A stretch of 64,000 nucleotides of DNA, from NCBI GenBank assembly GCA_017676145.1, contig GCA_017676145.1_3628.1; one strand, given 5' to 3'. The position numbers were made by a program, and so were the translations under genes. The notes beneath the pieces were generated by a model. The model was not told where the DNA came from. It made no database searches and was given only the letters and a program-made list of their open reading frames with translations. The stretch comes from a phage. Below are positions 17,271 to 26,207 of the stretch, one piece after another. Within the stretch, counting starts at the first letter, position 1. Every line of letters begins with the position of its first letter.

Positions 17271-17359
17271 TAAATCTTGCCAAGGTTGCAACGGCACTGT
17301 TAATTATTTGCTGGATAGTGACCTTGGCACTATGTCTTGTATTTCATTAAGGGGGCTGT

Positions 17360-17623
17360 ATGAACATCCTGATGTGGGTTGTGGCAGTGGCGTTTGTTGC
17401 GTGCCTCTCTTGTTGGGTTGCTGTGAGGATTTCTATAGCCACTCTTCGGAAATTAGGGTTCTCAGAGTGGGATATTAATATCCTCTCTTTTCGCAATGAG
17501 ACGATCTCAGCTGCCTTACTGTGCAAGAAGTTCAAGTGGAAACCTTGGGAGGTCATGAGCTATCTAAGAACAGGAGATATTCCTGAGAGATTTAAAAAAG
17601 TTCTTGACGGCGAAGATAAATGA
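17360..17623 (+). CDS. small membrane protein (87 aa)
   Basis: N-terminal TM helix MNILMWVVAVAFVACLSCWVAV; gggggctg SD. Confidence 0.5.
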   Translation: MNILMWVVAVAFVACLSCWVAVRISIATLRKLGFSEWDINILSFRNETISAALLCKKFKWKPWEVMSYLRTGDIPERFKKVLDGEDK

Positions 17624-17651
17624 TAGTATAGTTACTAACAAGAGGTGAGGA

Positions 17652-17792
17652 ATGACTGATTTTACTGAAGCTTTAATGATGGCCTTATCTGTTTTAGCGC
17701 TGTCGGTGTGTTTTGGGGCGTTATTCACATCTCTGGTTAAAGTTTTACATACCATATTATCACCCAAGGAGCACAGTAATGACGAAGATTGA
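17652..17792 (+). CDS. micro-ORF encoding TM peptide (46 aa)
   Basis: ATG after gaggtgagg SD; MTDFTEALMMALSVLALSVCFGALFTSLVKVLHTILSPKEHSNDED; overlaps next start by 14 nt. Not on track. Confidence 0.3.
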   Translation: MTDFTEALMMALSVLALSVCFGALFTSLVKVLHTILSPKEHSNDED

Positions 17793-18030
17793 CTTAAATG
17801 CTGGCGACCATGTTGTTGTCAAATGCATCGGGGATTATCTTGGATTCACAATCGGCAATACTTACGAGGCGGTAGTGGCGAAGGTTTACCATGATAAAGT
17901 CCTCAGTCTTGTATTTGACTGCGATGATGATGGGGATGACCGATACGTCTGTGAGGTGCTGGCACGAGACGATAGTGAAGACCAGAAATTCCTGGTTATT
18001 GAACTGAACGGTATTTTTGTAGAACGTTAA
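17779..18030 (+). CDS. hypothetical acidic protein (83 aa)
   Basis: ATG at M23 of track ORF 17713..18030, preceded by aaggagcac SD. Confidence 0.5.
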   Translation: MTKIDLNAGDHVVVKCIGDYLGFTIGNTYEAVVAKVYHDKVLSLVFDCDDDGDDRYVCEVLARDDSEDQKFLVIELNGIFVER

Positions 18031-18058
18031 TTTAAAACAACATAAGGAGACTCTTACT

Positions 18059-18364
18059 ATGGCTAAATCTAAAGTCGAACTGTTCACCTCTCTTCCTTCT
18101 GACACTGCAGAACGTGATCGCCTTCGCAAAACAATCGAAGAACTGGTGGAACTCCAGCTTCAGATTAAAGATCTGAAAGACGCTATCAAGGATATTATTC
18201 TTGTCGAGAAACAGGATCACCTGTACTCTCCTAAGTTTATCAAGTCCTTGGTGGCTACCGAATTCGATATTCGCTATGAGGCTGAAAAACGTCGAGCTAA
18301 AATCGAAGAAGAGGTTGAACACATGTCCGAGGCAGACATTCTGTTCAAACGCTCTGTAGAATAA
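18059..18364 (+). CDS. hypothetical coiled-coil protein (101 aa)
   Basis: aaggagac SD; heptad-like charged sequence; followed by terminator. Confidence 0.55.
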   Translation: MAKSKVELFTSLPSDTAERDRLRKTIEELVELQLQIKDLKDAIKDIILVEKQDHLYSPKFIKSLVATEFDIRYEAEKRRAKIEEEVEHMSEADILFKRSVE

Positions 18365-18373
18365 TGACAAAGA

Positions 18374-18398
18374 GAGGGGCTTGGGCCCCTCTTTTTAC
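18374..18398 (+). terminator. rho-independent terminator
   Basis: gaggggc-ttgg-gcccctc hairpin followed by TTTTT. Confidence 0.65.
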
Positions 18399-18419
18399 TA
18401 TCTATGAAGGAGATTTGAG

Positions 18420-18746
18420 ATGGGTATACCGATCACTGTAAAAGAGTTGAATGAACGTGATGCAGGTGGTCTATGGCCTGCACGAAAAATCCGCTGCGTC
18501 CGTATGAAAGAGAATCTTGAACATCTTGATCAACAGATCGAGGTCGGTGATATTTTTGAGGTCTTCTATTCCAATCGTCGCAACTGGGAAACCATTCAGC
18601 CTTCTGGTTTTGTTCTTGCCAAACTTGATACTGGAGAAGTGATTATCCCTGGGTTAGATATTGTCTTCGAAATTATCCAGGAGTGGGATCCGGATAAGAT
18701 TAGATACGAAGAGTTATTCGGTAAAGGTATTATCAAACCTGTGTGA
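18420..18746 (+). CDS. hypothetical protein (108 aa)
   Basis: gaaggagat SD; track ORF. Confidence 0.55.
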   Translation: MGIPITVKELNERDAGGLWPARKIRCVRMKENLEHLDQQIEVGDIFEVFYSNRRNWETIQPSGFVLAKLDTGEVIIPGLDIVFEIIQEWDPDKIRYEELFGKGIIKPV

Positions 18747-18754
18747 GGTGGATT

Positions 18755-19054
18755 ATGTCTACAAGGGCGGCTAAATACTCCTATATGCCATCAACCTCTG
18801 CAGAGGTAGACTTTAGTTTCGATGTGTTTCCATTGTTTGAGATAGTTCTGGCATACCCAACAATTCTATCTACTCCTGAATCACTTGTGCCTATTAAGTT
18901 GCAGAACGCTATGCATTCCATGCACTACAACAATAAATGTAGACACAGATGGTGTCAGGACGAGGAAAAAGATCTGGACAGTTTGAAAGATTTTGACAGT
19001 CACCTTTTGACCCCTTTCAGTTACTCCAACCTGGACAAGCCCTCATGGGTATAG
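18755..19054 (+). CDS. hypothetical protein (99 aa)
   Basis: ATG at M5 of track ORF 18743..19054. Confidence 0.45.
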   Translation: MSTRAAKYSYMPSTSAEVDFSFDVFPLFEIVLAYPTILSTPESLVPIKLQNAMHSMHYNNKCRHRWCQDEEKDLDSLKDFDSHLLTPFSYSNLDKPSWV

Positions 19055-19079
19055 CAAAATATCAAATTTAAGGCACCTA

Positions 19080-19105
19080 GGACGCTCTGTGGCGTCCTTT
19101 TCTTT
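19080..19105 (+). terminator. rho-independent terminator closing the rightward early-like block
   Basis: ggacgc-tctgtg-gcgtcc hairpin followed by TTTTCTTT. Confidence 0.65.
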
Positions 19106-19267
19106 ATCTGGTGCACGATTGCATACCTTAGATGAATAATCTTATTACAGAGCGTTTAAGGGCGGCCTGTAAACAACTCTCTATTTCGAGCGTAGCGAGA
19201 ACGCACGTCCGTTTTGACCCAAATCACCATACGCTCGGATTTTAACCAAACCCTCGCGGCGTTTCTG

Positions 19268-19296
19268 TTGACACATTCCCGCTCCTGTGATAGTAT
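19268..19296 (+). promoter_or_regulatory. sigma70-like promoter (TTGACA-17-TAGTAT)
   Basis: ttgacacattcccgctcctgtgatagtat; drives region with two coupled micro-ORFs (about 19329-19591). Confidence 0.45.
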
Positions 19297-19710
19297 CCTC
19301 ACATAGTTTGTAGAATATGGAATACGCAATGAAAACATTATCCGAGGTTTTGGTGGTGATCCTGATGATCATTACGTCCATAGCAGTTGTTGCCGGAATA
19401 CTCACGGGTGGAACATGACCAACACACATGCATCTGAAGAGGTGACTATAGAGAAAAACTTCAATTCTGAGGATTCTCTATCTCCGTCCCAGGTGGACCC
19501 TGAGGCTGATGACCTGACGTGGGAGGACATCATAGCCATCTGGTTCTCTATCATGCCTGAGAACGAAGAGTTCAGAGGTGGCAGACTATGAAGCACCGAG
19601 CCCACACAAGTTTATCATGCTAAAGCATGGCCTGAAGAGGCAAACGTGCATAATTCCTGTGCATTGGAACGTATAACCCTGTTCACACTCTCATTTCCAG
19701 AGGAGATTTT

Positions 19711-19926
19711 ATGAAGATAGAAATATTTGGTGGAGCTGACAACACTCGTGGCCTGATTTACCTTGAATTCGATGAATCATACCTGCCAGAGGTGTTAAAT
19801 ATAGACTCTGTTGCTGAGGCTTTGGGAGTAAACCCTAAAGAACTCCACTCTTGTGCTGAGATCGATGGTTGGGAAGAGACCCTGAACATCGATTTCAGTG
19901 AAGTAGAGGATGAACCGCTGGACTGA
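19711..19926 (+). CDS. small acidic protein (71 aa)
   Basis: agaggag SD; MKIEIF start similar to other small ORFs in block. Confidence 0.45.
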   Translation: MKIEIFGGADNTRGLIYLEFDESYLPEVLNIDSVAEALGVNPKELHSCAEIDGWEETLNIDFSEVEDEPLD

Positions 19927-20053
19927 CACACAATTAGCTGCCCGGCTAAAGTGCTGGAAGCACCTATAACACATCTTTCAACTAAATTTCCTACCACCAC
20001 AATCACTTACCTCCCACACATGACTGTTTGCTTGTTTAGTGAGCAGTCATGCC

Positions 20054-20081
20054 TTGACATTCTTACCTATCCTGATAAAAT
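20054..20081 (+). promoter_or_regulatory. sigma70-like promoter (TTGACA-16-TAAAAT) followed by hairpin + T-run within about 50 nt
   Basis: ccttgacattcttacctatcctgataaaat, then ccgagtaattcggg hairpin and T-rich tract (about 20110-20135): possible very short transcript or attenuator. Confidence 0.35.
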
Positions 20082-20499
20082 TAAGTTCTTCTCTTTTCTT
20101 TTACCGAGTAATTCGGGTTTTCTGTTCTCTTCGGTTTGAAGGGGTATGGAGATACACCTGAGTGAACAGGGTGAACAACCGAACAGTTAGCTATGGCATT
20201 AGCATGGCGAAGCGGACGGGTGACGAAAGAGGGGCCGGAGGACACCAGTCACTGCCATATGGTATATGGGTGATAACCTGAAGAGTCTGAATAAGTGTTT
20301 AAGTACCAGTCAGAGGAAAAGGTGAATGGTAGCCGAAGGGGGAGGGGGGTTTCTTGTATCTTTAATTTGTATACTTTATATACACTTGTAAACCAATTCA
20401 ATTAGAATCTGTTTACCACACAAAGTGGATACAGGCAAATATTCCCTATTAAACTTGAATTATTTATAGAAAATACCACAACACCACTTAAGTCTTTGA

Positions 20500-20660
20500 T
20501 TTTACACACAAATCTTACAGATATTCAACCTCCATATTTAACATACCTGTAACATATCCCATACTCTACCTGCCTGATCAATTTCCCAAACTACATCCCC
20601 ATATTTTCCCTTCCTGTACTACCCCTGCCCCGCCGGGAGTCCCGTCATATCTGGCTTTCC
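20500..20660 (+). other. strongly strand-biased pyrimidine-rich (C+T) tract in non-coding hub
   Basis: About 160 nt with very few G on + strand (aacctccatatttaacatacctgtaacatatcccatactctacc...). Confidence 0.5.
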
Positions 20661-21044
20661 AGCAAATATCACACCCACAAATATCATCACCTGAAGAGTG
20701 ATTCCTCCCATAATCCACACCCTGCCTGAAGAGCGCTTCATACACCGCGTAAATTTTTTAATTGATCCCTCCCCGCCGCCGGAGAGGTTGGCTTTTCCCA
20801 CACAGGCCTGAAGAGTCAGCCAGAAATATCTGAAGGGTGTCCAGTTCTACCACGATTTTGACCTGACCTACAGGAGTGCTGCCCTGTCAGGAGCCGTAGC
20901 GACTGGAGTGCTGCCAGGCGGACGAAATGGGAATACTTCTCATTCTTATAACAATTCTCAAATATCGGGGCAGTGAGGCAAATTAATAGGCGAGGCCGCT
21001 CACACAGTGGCACAACATTTGCAGGCTATTTTGTGGGGGTGAAT

Positions 21045-21078
21045 GAGAATACCTATCATTGTGAGAATAGTTATCATT
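21045..21078 (+). repeat. tandem pair of 16-bp motif GAGAAYRNYTATCATT
   Basis: gagaatacctatcatt and gagaatagttatcatt 2 nt apart; same motif recurs at about 31924 and 32050. Confidence 0.55.
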
Positions 21079-21473
21079 ACGGGCAATTTAACATAATACC
21101 CATTATGCGCACCACTGTCGATACATACAGGGATTGATAACATGGGTTACTGTTTACGCATATAACAATTGTATTTCTTATTATTTGTGGGGGATATAGT
21201 TAGCAACCAATAGATTAGTTATTAACCTGCGGACTTCTGACCGTCTAGACGTCCAAACGCCCACACCACAAGGATTATACATACACTCCTGAATGTAAAC
21301 AGGTCCGAAAAAATGCTACCATACCAGTTTGTAAATTTTCCATGCAGCACTTGACAAAGAGGAGAAAAACTTGTCTGACACCTTATACACACCGGGCACC
21401 TTATACACTTTCGACACAATAACGACTGTTATTATTTCATGTTTCATTATTCACGTGCAGATTGTTCCTGCGT

Positions 21474-21535
21474 AGACTGTTTACGCCTGGATAGTTTGCA
21501 CCTGAATAGTTTACACCCTGACAGTTTACGCATAG
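21474..21535 (+). repeat. array of four AGTTTAC(G/A)C-type iterons spaced 14-15 bp
   Basis: ctgtttacgcc / tagtttgcacc / tagtttacacc / cagtttacgca in direct orientation. Confidence 0.55.
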
Positions 21536-21543
21536 ATGATAAG

Positions 21544-21562
21544 CCATGACATTCGTTTGCAT
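21544..21562 (+). repeat. 19-20 bp direct repeat copy 1 (gccatgacattcgtttgcat)
   Basis: Exact second copy at 21837..21855; the pair brackets iteron/palindrome-rich segment. Confidence 0.6.
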
Positions 21563-21594
21563 GATAACACCCTTGAGACGAGGGCTATGCTCCC

Positions 21595-21660
21595 GAGTTT
21601 AACAATTAACAAGATAACAATTGACAAGCTAACAGCCAACAAGCTGACAATTAACAGGTT
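21595..21660 (+). repeat. array of AACAATTAACAAG-like iterons
   Basis: taacaattaacaag ataacaattgacaag ctaacagccaacaag ctgacaattaacagg: four direct repeats. Confidence 0.5.
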
Positions 21661-21836
21661 AATAATATATGACATAATATAAAAGCAGGGCAACTATTAG
21701 CAGATCTATAGTTGCCTTGCTTATTATGTCATGATTAACTGAATACAAGGCAACTATGATCTGATTAATAGATTGCAGACAAACTATCACGGGGGTGATT
21801 GTTACTGCTTTTATATTATGTCGCGACTCCGTCGCG

Positions 21837-21855
21837 CCATGACATTCGTTTGCAT
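21837..21855 (+). repeat. 19-20 bp direct repeat copy 2 (gccatgacattcgtttgcat)
   Basis: Identical to 21544..21562. Confidence 0.6.
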
Positions 21856-22470
21856 AGTTGCCTTATTGTTACAGGTAAAATAATTACATTGTTAACTATT
21901 TCTTATCTTTCTCTTAGTCATCTAATGATTCCAGTCAGTATAGTTATGTGCAGTAAACATTAGACGACTAAAGATTTCTCTGATTATAGTAACCTATCGT
22001 GACAATTTCGGACTGTTTACGAAAAATGTTGACACCTGGGCAGGTTTATGTTATGCAGTTTGTACGAATAATTATTTTGTACAGGTATTGACTATTCCGT
22101 TATTCTGTGGTTGGAATAAATACTTTGCAGGCTATAGAATGGTGATCGTACGTGGATTCTGAGATCTGTCGGCTATAGTTACACCCGATTTTTCACGTAG
22201 GACGCGCTTTTTGGTTTGTGTAAGTGTATGACTTATAAGGGTTTTTAATTGTTGACAGTATACTGAAAATGTGCATCAGGTTAAATTTTGCGCAATAGCT
22301 GCATTACGTGCAATTTTGGGAGAGAAAACAGGTAAAAATAGCACCGCTACCACACAATGAAAGGTTATGCAATAGTTATTTTACATGTATATTTGTACAG
22401 TGTGCTGGATTAATGGCTCGTCAATTATTCCACTTGTCAGGTAGGGCCGTTTATGGTAGGAAAAGAGCAG

Positions 22471-22497
22471 ACAAAAAAGAAAGGGGCCTAAGCCCCC
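22471..22497 (-). terminator. rho-independent terminator at the 3' end of the leftward block
   Basis: On - strand ggggc-ttag-gcccc hairpin followed by TTTCTTTTTT; 15 nt after stop of 22512..22775. Confidence 0.6.
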
Positions 22498-22511
22498 TTG
22501 ATAATGTTGTA

Positions 22512-22775
22512 TTATTTGTTGCTCATCCAGTTTTCCCAAGCTGCCTGATAATCTGCCTCACTGCGGCGGATCTCTTCTTGTTCTTCAAGCCGGATCTCTT
22601 CTTCCAGGTACCCAAGGATATCGGATTTTTTGGTCTGGCGTAACATCCAATCATCTTTTTTACGAGTAAAGATCTTGTACGCTTTCTCGCAAACCTCTTT
22701 TTTACTACCTTTTTGGACTTCAAGAACTTTGTAGGCCATGTACTGAACTAGTTTGAGCTGATCAAGACGTTTCAT
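22512..22775 (-). CDS. hypothetical charged protein (87 aa)
   Basis: Track ORF; aagaggta SD; last gene of leftward block. Confidence 0.5.
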   Translation of the reverse strand: MKRLDQLKLVQYMAYKVLEVQKGSKKEVCEKAYKIFTRKKDDWMLRQTKKSDILGYLEEEIRLEEQEEIRRSEADYQAAWENWMSNK

Positions 22776-22838
22776 GATGTTTACCTCTTTATGGGGTTCT
22801 GGTTTGGTGTGGGCCTTTTGGCCCGTGTCATTATCTTA

Positions 22839-23111
22839 TTACTTGCGGCGGCAAAATTCAAGCGTTTTTAATTGATAATCTTCCTCAGCCTGGAGTACAA
22901 CCGCCTCGATCATTTCGTTGGCATTGGTGAAGCCATACCCTTGAGCGAACTCATCCGCGCCACCTTCGTGATCATGTTCTGCGTTCATCGCTTCCACAAA
23001 ATGGAATTCAAGATTATTGAGGTAAGGGCTTGATGTTCCGTCCTCTTTTTCGATGAGATCCCAAATAGCGTTGAAACGTGATTCGACTTCTTGGTTAATC
23101 CAGCTTGACAC
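22839..23111 (-). CDS. hypothetical acidic protein (90 aa)
   Basis: Track ORF (GTG start) downstream of promoter 23166..23194 and 5' UTR hairpin. Confidence 0.45.
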   Translation of the reverse strand: MSSWINQEVESRFNAIWDLIEKEDGTSSPYLNNLEFHFVEAMNAEHDHEGGADEFAQGYGFTNANEMIEAVVLQAEEDYQLKTLEFCRRK

Positions 23112-23165
23112 GGCGTTTTCCTCTCTTCTGGTTGTTGTGTGGGCACTTTTGCCCCTTCAAGGTAA

Positions 23166-23194
23166 ATGCTACCCCACCACCTGGCAGATGTCAA
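23166..23194 (-). promoter_or_regulatory. sigma70-like promoter (TTGACA-17-TAGCAT) with CCAGGTGG spacer box
   Basis: - strand ttgacatctgccaggtggtggggtagcat; the spacer box gccaggtgg is shared with the + strand promoter at 31824. Confidence 0.4.
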
Positions 23195-23224
23195 CGGTTT
23201 TTATAGTTTTTTATATAACAGGCA

Positions 23225-23246
23225 CCCCCGGTGATTGTCTCCCCCC
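23225..23246 (-). promoter_or_regulatory. GC-rich conserved element GGGAGACAATCACCGGGGG (copy 1 of 3)
   Basis: - strand ggggggagacaatcaccggggg about 30 nt upstream of the -35; near-identical copies at 31886 and 32002 on + strand. Confidence 0.45.
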
Positions 23247-23280
23247 GTCGCCAGGTGCCGCCCGTAAAACAAGTATAACA

Positions 23281-23310
23281 AAAAACAGGACCATTGCAAG
23301 CCCTGTTTTA
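23281..23310 (-). terminator. putative intrinsic terminator (short stem)
   Basis: - strand acagg...cctgt stem followed by TTTTT, after stop of 23324..23515. Confidence 0.3.
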
Positions 23311-23323
23311 TAGTTTATAAAGA

Positions 23324-23515
23324 TTATATTTTTTCGCCTATGTAGTCCGGTCGGTTTTTCTCTGTCATGCGCTTGAGCAATTCTTGCATGTTGCTTATGG
23401 CTTGCAGTGTATCCCCTTCCAGACTTGAATCAACATAATCAGGATCGTCTATAACCTTTTTATGATTATGATAACGCAGTACCGCCAGTACTTTTTTAAC
23501 CTCTTCTGCTGTCAT
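23324..23515 (-). CDS. hypothetical protein (63 aa)
   Basis: Track ORF; taggtg SD. Confidence 0.45.
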   Translation of the reverse strand: MTAEEVKKVLAVLRYHNHKKVIDDPDYVDSSLEGDTLQAISNMQELLKRMTEKNRPDYIGEKI

Positions 23516-23523
23516 TATCGCAC

Positions 23524-23658
23524 CTAAAACAATGAGTTAATATATAACACCAGATCGCTGACTACCAGGACAACACCGATCAGCACATACCTAACCATAA
23601 AGGGAAAGATCGCCAATATTGCCGCCACGATCCCTATGGTAATAATTATCTTTCTCAT
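23524..23658 (-). CDS. micro-ORF encoding TM protein (44 aa)
   Basis: ATG 3 nt after stop of upstream gene; MRKIIITIGIVAAILAIFPFMVRYVLIGVVLVVSDLVLYINSLF. Not on track. Confidence 0.35.
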   Translation of the reverse strand: MRKIIITIGIVAAILAIFPFMVRYVLIGVVLVVSDLVLYINSLF

Positions 23659-23660
23659 GG

Positions 23661-23945
23661 TTAACGGTTCACGTAAGTTTTCCCGTTTACGGTTATCGGC
23701 AGATCCTCCAGGTCTGGATCTTCTTTAAGGTCGCGAGCAAGCTCACCGCACCGGATACCTTCGAATCCGTAGTACTCTGTTGTGCCGTCCTTAAAAGTTT
23801 TTGCGGCAAGGCATAACCGATAAGTAACACCGATTTGATTGACGGCATGGATATCAGTTAGATCTACCTCTTTTGCCAGCTCTTTAGCCATTACAGGCGC
23901 ATTAAGTCCAATAACCAGGGCAACTACTGCGATCATCTTTTTCAT
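23661..23945 (-). CDS. small secreted protein (94 aa) with N-terminal signal peptide
   Basis: MKKMIAVVALVIGLNAPVMA signal-like N-terminus followed by two Cys. Confidence 0.55.
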   Translation of the reverse strand: MKKMIAVVALVIGLNAPVMAKELAKEVDLTDIHAVNQIGVTYRLCLAAKTFKDGTTEYYGFEGIRCGELARDLKEDPDLEDLPITVNGKTYVNR

Positions 23946-24034
23946 GTTGTCTATTCTCTTTCTGCTGCGTTTAAGGCGGTCACCGCCGCCTGTTTATGCT
24001 TTGTTAGTTAATGGGGCGTACGGTATAGATTAAA

Positions 24035-24250
24035 CTATGCTGTACGCTCAACTATAACAACGGCTTGAGGGATCTCACCTTCCACCACTATCAAGGCTTT
24101 TTTCTGCGTGATAGATATCTTTACCCGCTTCAGCGTGGCGGTAAAATCTTTCATTTCGTCACGTGGTGTTTTAGTGCAATACCAGATCTCAGGCTTACCT
24201 ATTTGCAAGCCGCGTAAAAATTCCGTTTTGCCTGTTTTGTTCGTGATCAT
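24035..24250 (-). CDS. hypothetical protein (71 aa)
   Basis: ATG at M4 of track ORF 24035..24259; aaggtga SD. Confidence 0.45.
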   Translation of the reverse strand: MITNKTGKTEFLRGLQIGKPEIWYCTKTPRDEMKDFTATLKRVKISITQKKALIVVEGEIPQAVVIVERTA

Positions 24251-24260
24251 TTGTTTCACC

Positions 24261-24365
24261 TTACCCGATACCGTGGGAAGATAGGATCATGTTAGCCATA
24301 GTTGCAACCACTCCAACCGATAATGCCATGCCAACTACTACAACCGTGAAAATTTTTTCTAACAT
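24261..24365 (-). CDS. micro-ORF encoding TM peptide (34 aa)
   Basis: MLEKIFTVVVVGMALSVGVVATMANMILSSHGIG; not on track. Confidence 0.3.
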   Translation of the reverse strand: MLEKIFTVVVVGMALSVGVVATMANMILSSHGIG

Positions 24366-24437
24366 GATTCCACCATCATTAATGGGCGTTGCCTTATTGC
24401 CCCGCCCTATGTCGTACATTTTTCTTCTGATCCTCTG

Positions 24438-24701
24438 TTAGCATACGATAGCGATCACGCCGCCACAAATAAAAGGTAAATCAAAACGGTCTACCTTGCA
24501 AGCTATTTTTAAACGAAAGGCAACATAAAAGAAAAGTTGCAAACAATCGATCATTGTGTTAGCTGTTGAAACGCTGCCAGCATTAAACATCGCCCCGCCC
24601 ACGGCGTTAAACGTTGCGTTACTCACGAAAGCGAAAAGGCAAGCGATCACGGTGGCGATCATAATGTTGCGTTTTGTCAATCTGTAAATGATGTTTCTCA
24701 T
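24438..24701 (-). CDS. small membrane protein (87 aa)
   Basis: Track ORF with hydrophobic segments; start uncertain (alternative internal ATG at about 24662). Confidence 0.4.
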   Translation of the reverse strand: MRNIIYRLTKRNIMIATVIACLFAFVSNATFNAVGGAMFNAGSVSTANTMIDCLQLFFYVAFRLKIACKVDRFDLPFICGGVIAIVC

Positions 24702-24765
24702 TCTGTCATGTTGGCGGCATCGCTGCCGCCTTATGTATTATGCTTTGTTAGATTGTTGTTTGTTG

Positions 24766-24999
24766 TCAACTATTTTCAAAAAATTTTTCTGCTGTAATAT
24801 TTTTCCCGGTAGGGTTCGCTACTTTCAAAATTTTATCATGCACTGGACGCCCAAAAGAATAAGCGCCGTACACAGTACACCAATAATCGCCGTCAGGCTG
24901 TACTATTACCGCCGCATAGGGTACGCCTTTTTCGTTTTTGCTGACAAAATAGATCACATTGCCATTAATAGCCTCAGCGCGTTTAATTTGTTCCATCAT
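24766..24999 (-). CDS. hypothetical protein (77 aa)
   Basis: Track ORF; aggtga SD. Confidence 0.5.
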   Translation of the reverse strand: MMEQIKRAEAINGNVIYFVSKNEKGVPYAAVIVQPDGDYWCTVYGAYSFGRPVHDKILKVANPTGKNITAEKFFENS

Positions 25000-25062
25000 G
25001 ATGATTCACCTATCTTTATTTTTTCATAGTTTCAGGAGGGGCCTTTTTCGGCCCCGCCAGGC

Positions 25063-25347
25063 TTATTTATTGATGGCGTGCAGCGGGAAAGGTACGCCAG
25101 GTTGATAGATAACTTTTACAACCTCATCAGGGCAAAAGAAGTTACAAAATTCACCCTGATAAGCCTCATCCTCTTTTAATTCTTCACCAACATACTGGAA
25201 AAAGTAGTCAATGCTTGGATAATCCTGGCCGGGATTATAGTCGACCATTGTCAGGACTAACTCAAGATCGTTGCGTAGGATATGCATGCCCGCTTTTAAG
25301 TATTTTGCTTCCATTTCTACTACATCGCCAAAGGTAACAATAGCCAT
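25063..25347 (-). CDS. hypothetical acidic protein (94 aa)
   Basis: Track ORF; agaggag SD; downstream of promoter 25404..25432. Confidence 0.5.
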   Translation of the reverse strand: MAIVTFGDVVEMEAKYLKAGMHILRNDLELVLTMVDYNPGQDYPSIDYFFQYVGEELKEDEAYQGEFCNFFCPDEVVKVIYQPGVPFPLHAINK

Positions 25348-25403
25348 GATTTTAACTCCTCTCTATCCGGTTAATGATTGGGGGCCGCCCCCCTGATACG
25401 TCC

Positions 25404-25432
25404 TATTATCCATATTGTAGGGCTTGATGCAA
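25404..25432 (-). promoter_or_regulatory. sigma70-like promoter (TTGCAT-17-ATAATA)
   Basis: - strand ttgcatcaagccctacaatatggataata; shares AATATGGATAATA with promoter 26223..26251. Confidence 0.45.
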
Positions 25433-25571
25433 GTACTTTTTAAAAATTTTTTAAACGCCTTGGGGGCCGCTGTAGCGCTAAAATAAAAAAGGCCATGCAA
25501 CCGCATAGCCTTTGTGCGATTATATCGCTGCAGGCCCTGCCACGGGCCTTATTTTGCATCATTTGCCGGAA

Positions 25572-25877
25572 TTATCTGGAGAAAACATCGTTCACAATAG
25601 CGATCACAATGCCGCCCACCTTGTCACGGTCAACAATGCACAAATCACCATAGATCATGTGGTAGTCTGGATGATCTTTCACGGAATAGTCAATAAGTGT
25701 CTTCTTATCATCCAGCTTTTTAACTTCCACAGTCATTGTAATAAATTGATCGTTAAAGGCACTATTGCGGAAGATCATTACCTGGCCGCCTTGACATCCA
25801 GTGATCTCAACTTCCACGCCGTCTACGATCTGACCATCAAAGAAATAAAGATTATTGGCGGGTATGAACATGATCAT
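25572..25877 (-). CDS. hypothetical protein (101 aa)
   Basis: Track ORF; aaaaggag SD. Confidence 0.5.
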   Translation of the reverse strand: MIMFIPANNLYFFDGQIVDGVEVEITGCQGGQVMIFRNSAFNDQFITMTVEVKKLDDKKTLIDYSVKDHPDYHMIYGDLCIVDRDKVGGIVIAIVNDVFSR

Positions 25878-25915
25878 TGCTCCTTTTTGCGCTGATTATT
25901 TTAGCAGGGTTTAAA

Positions 25916-25961
25916 TTTACTTTATTTGATGGCCCTGGAGTCAAGGCCATCTAAAAATAAA
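25916..25961 (-). repeat. 46-bp conserved intergenic element, copy A
   Basis: tttactttatttgatggccctggagtcaaggccatctaaaaataaa immediately 3' of stop codon of 25964..26164; near-identical to copies at 29635 and 30257. Confidence 0.6.
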
Positions 25962-25963
25962 CT

Positions 25964-26164
25964 TTACAGGCCTACAATGTCTTTAATTCGTTTTACTGCT
26001 GCCTCAGCGCCTTGAGGGTAAAAATTATGGTAACCAATCACGCGGGTAATACTGATCGCCGCCTGATGATCTTCGTAATACCCCTTGAATATTTCTTGAC
26101 CATCAACCAGCACAGCAATTTTTTCTTCTTTTTTGAAGTTAATAACGCGGATATTGTTGCTCAT
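25964..26164 (-). CDS. hypothetical protein (66 aa)
   Basis: Track ORF; aaaaggag SD; own promoter and 5' UTR hairpin upstream. Confidence 0.5.
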   Translation of the reverse strand: MSNNIRVINFKKEEKIAVLVDGQEIFKGYYEDHQAAISITRVIGYHNFYPQGAEAAVKRIKDIVGL

Positions 26165-26207
26165 TTTGTTTCTCCTTTTGGAACTTTGTCTGTGTGGTGG
26201 GGAGTGT

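Noticed and set aside
20619-21419. Three 60-65 aa - strand ORFs inside the hub
   Set aside because: Lie within repeat/iteron sequence, lack SD sequences, and translate to Pro/Gly/Cys-rich low-complexity peptides typical of spurious frames.
21474-21860. Possible CRISPR array suggested by repeated short motifs
   Set aside because: Repeats are heterogeneous in sequence and spacing (iterons, palindromes), not regular repeat-spacer units; no cas genes.
22308-22643. 111-aa + strand ORF at the edge of the non-coding hub
   Set aside because: No SD; overlaps the terminator and the 3' end of the - strand gene 22512..22775 in antisense; low-complexity sequence in a repeat-rich region.
24688-25029. 113-aa + strand ORF
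   Set aside because: Antisense to - strand genes 24766..24999 and promoter region; Cys/Phe-rich low-complexity translation.
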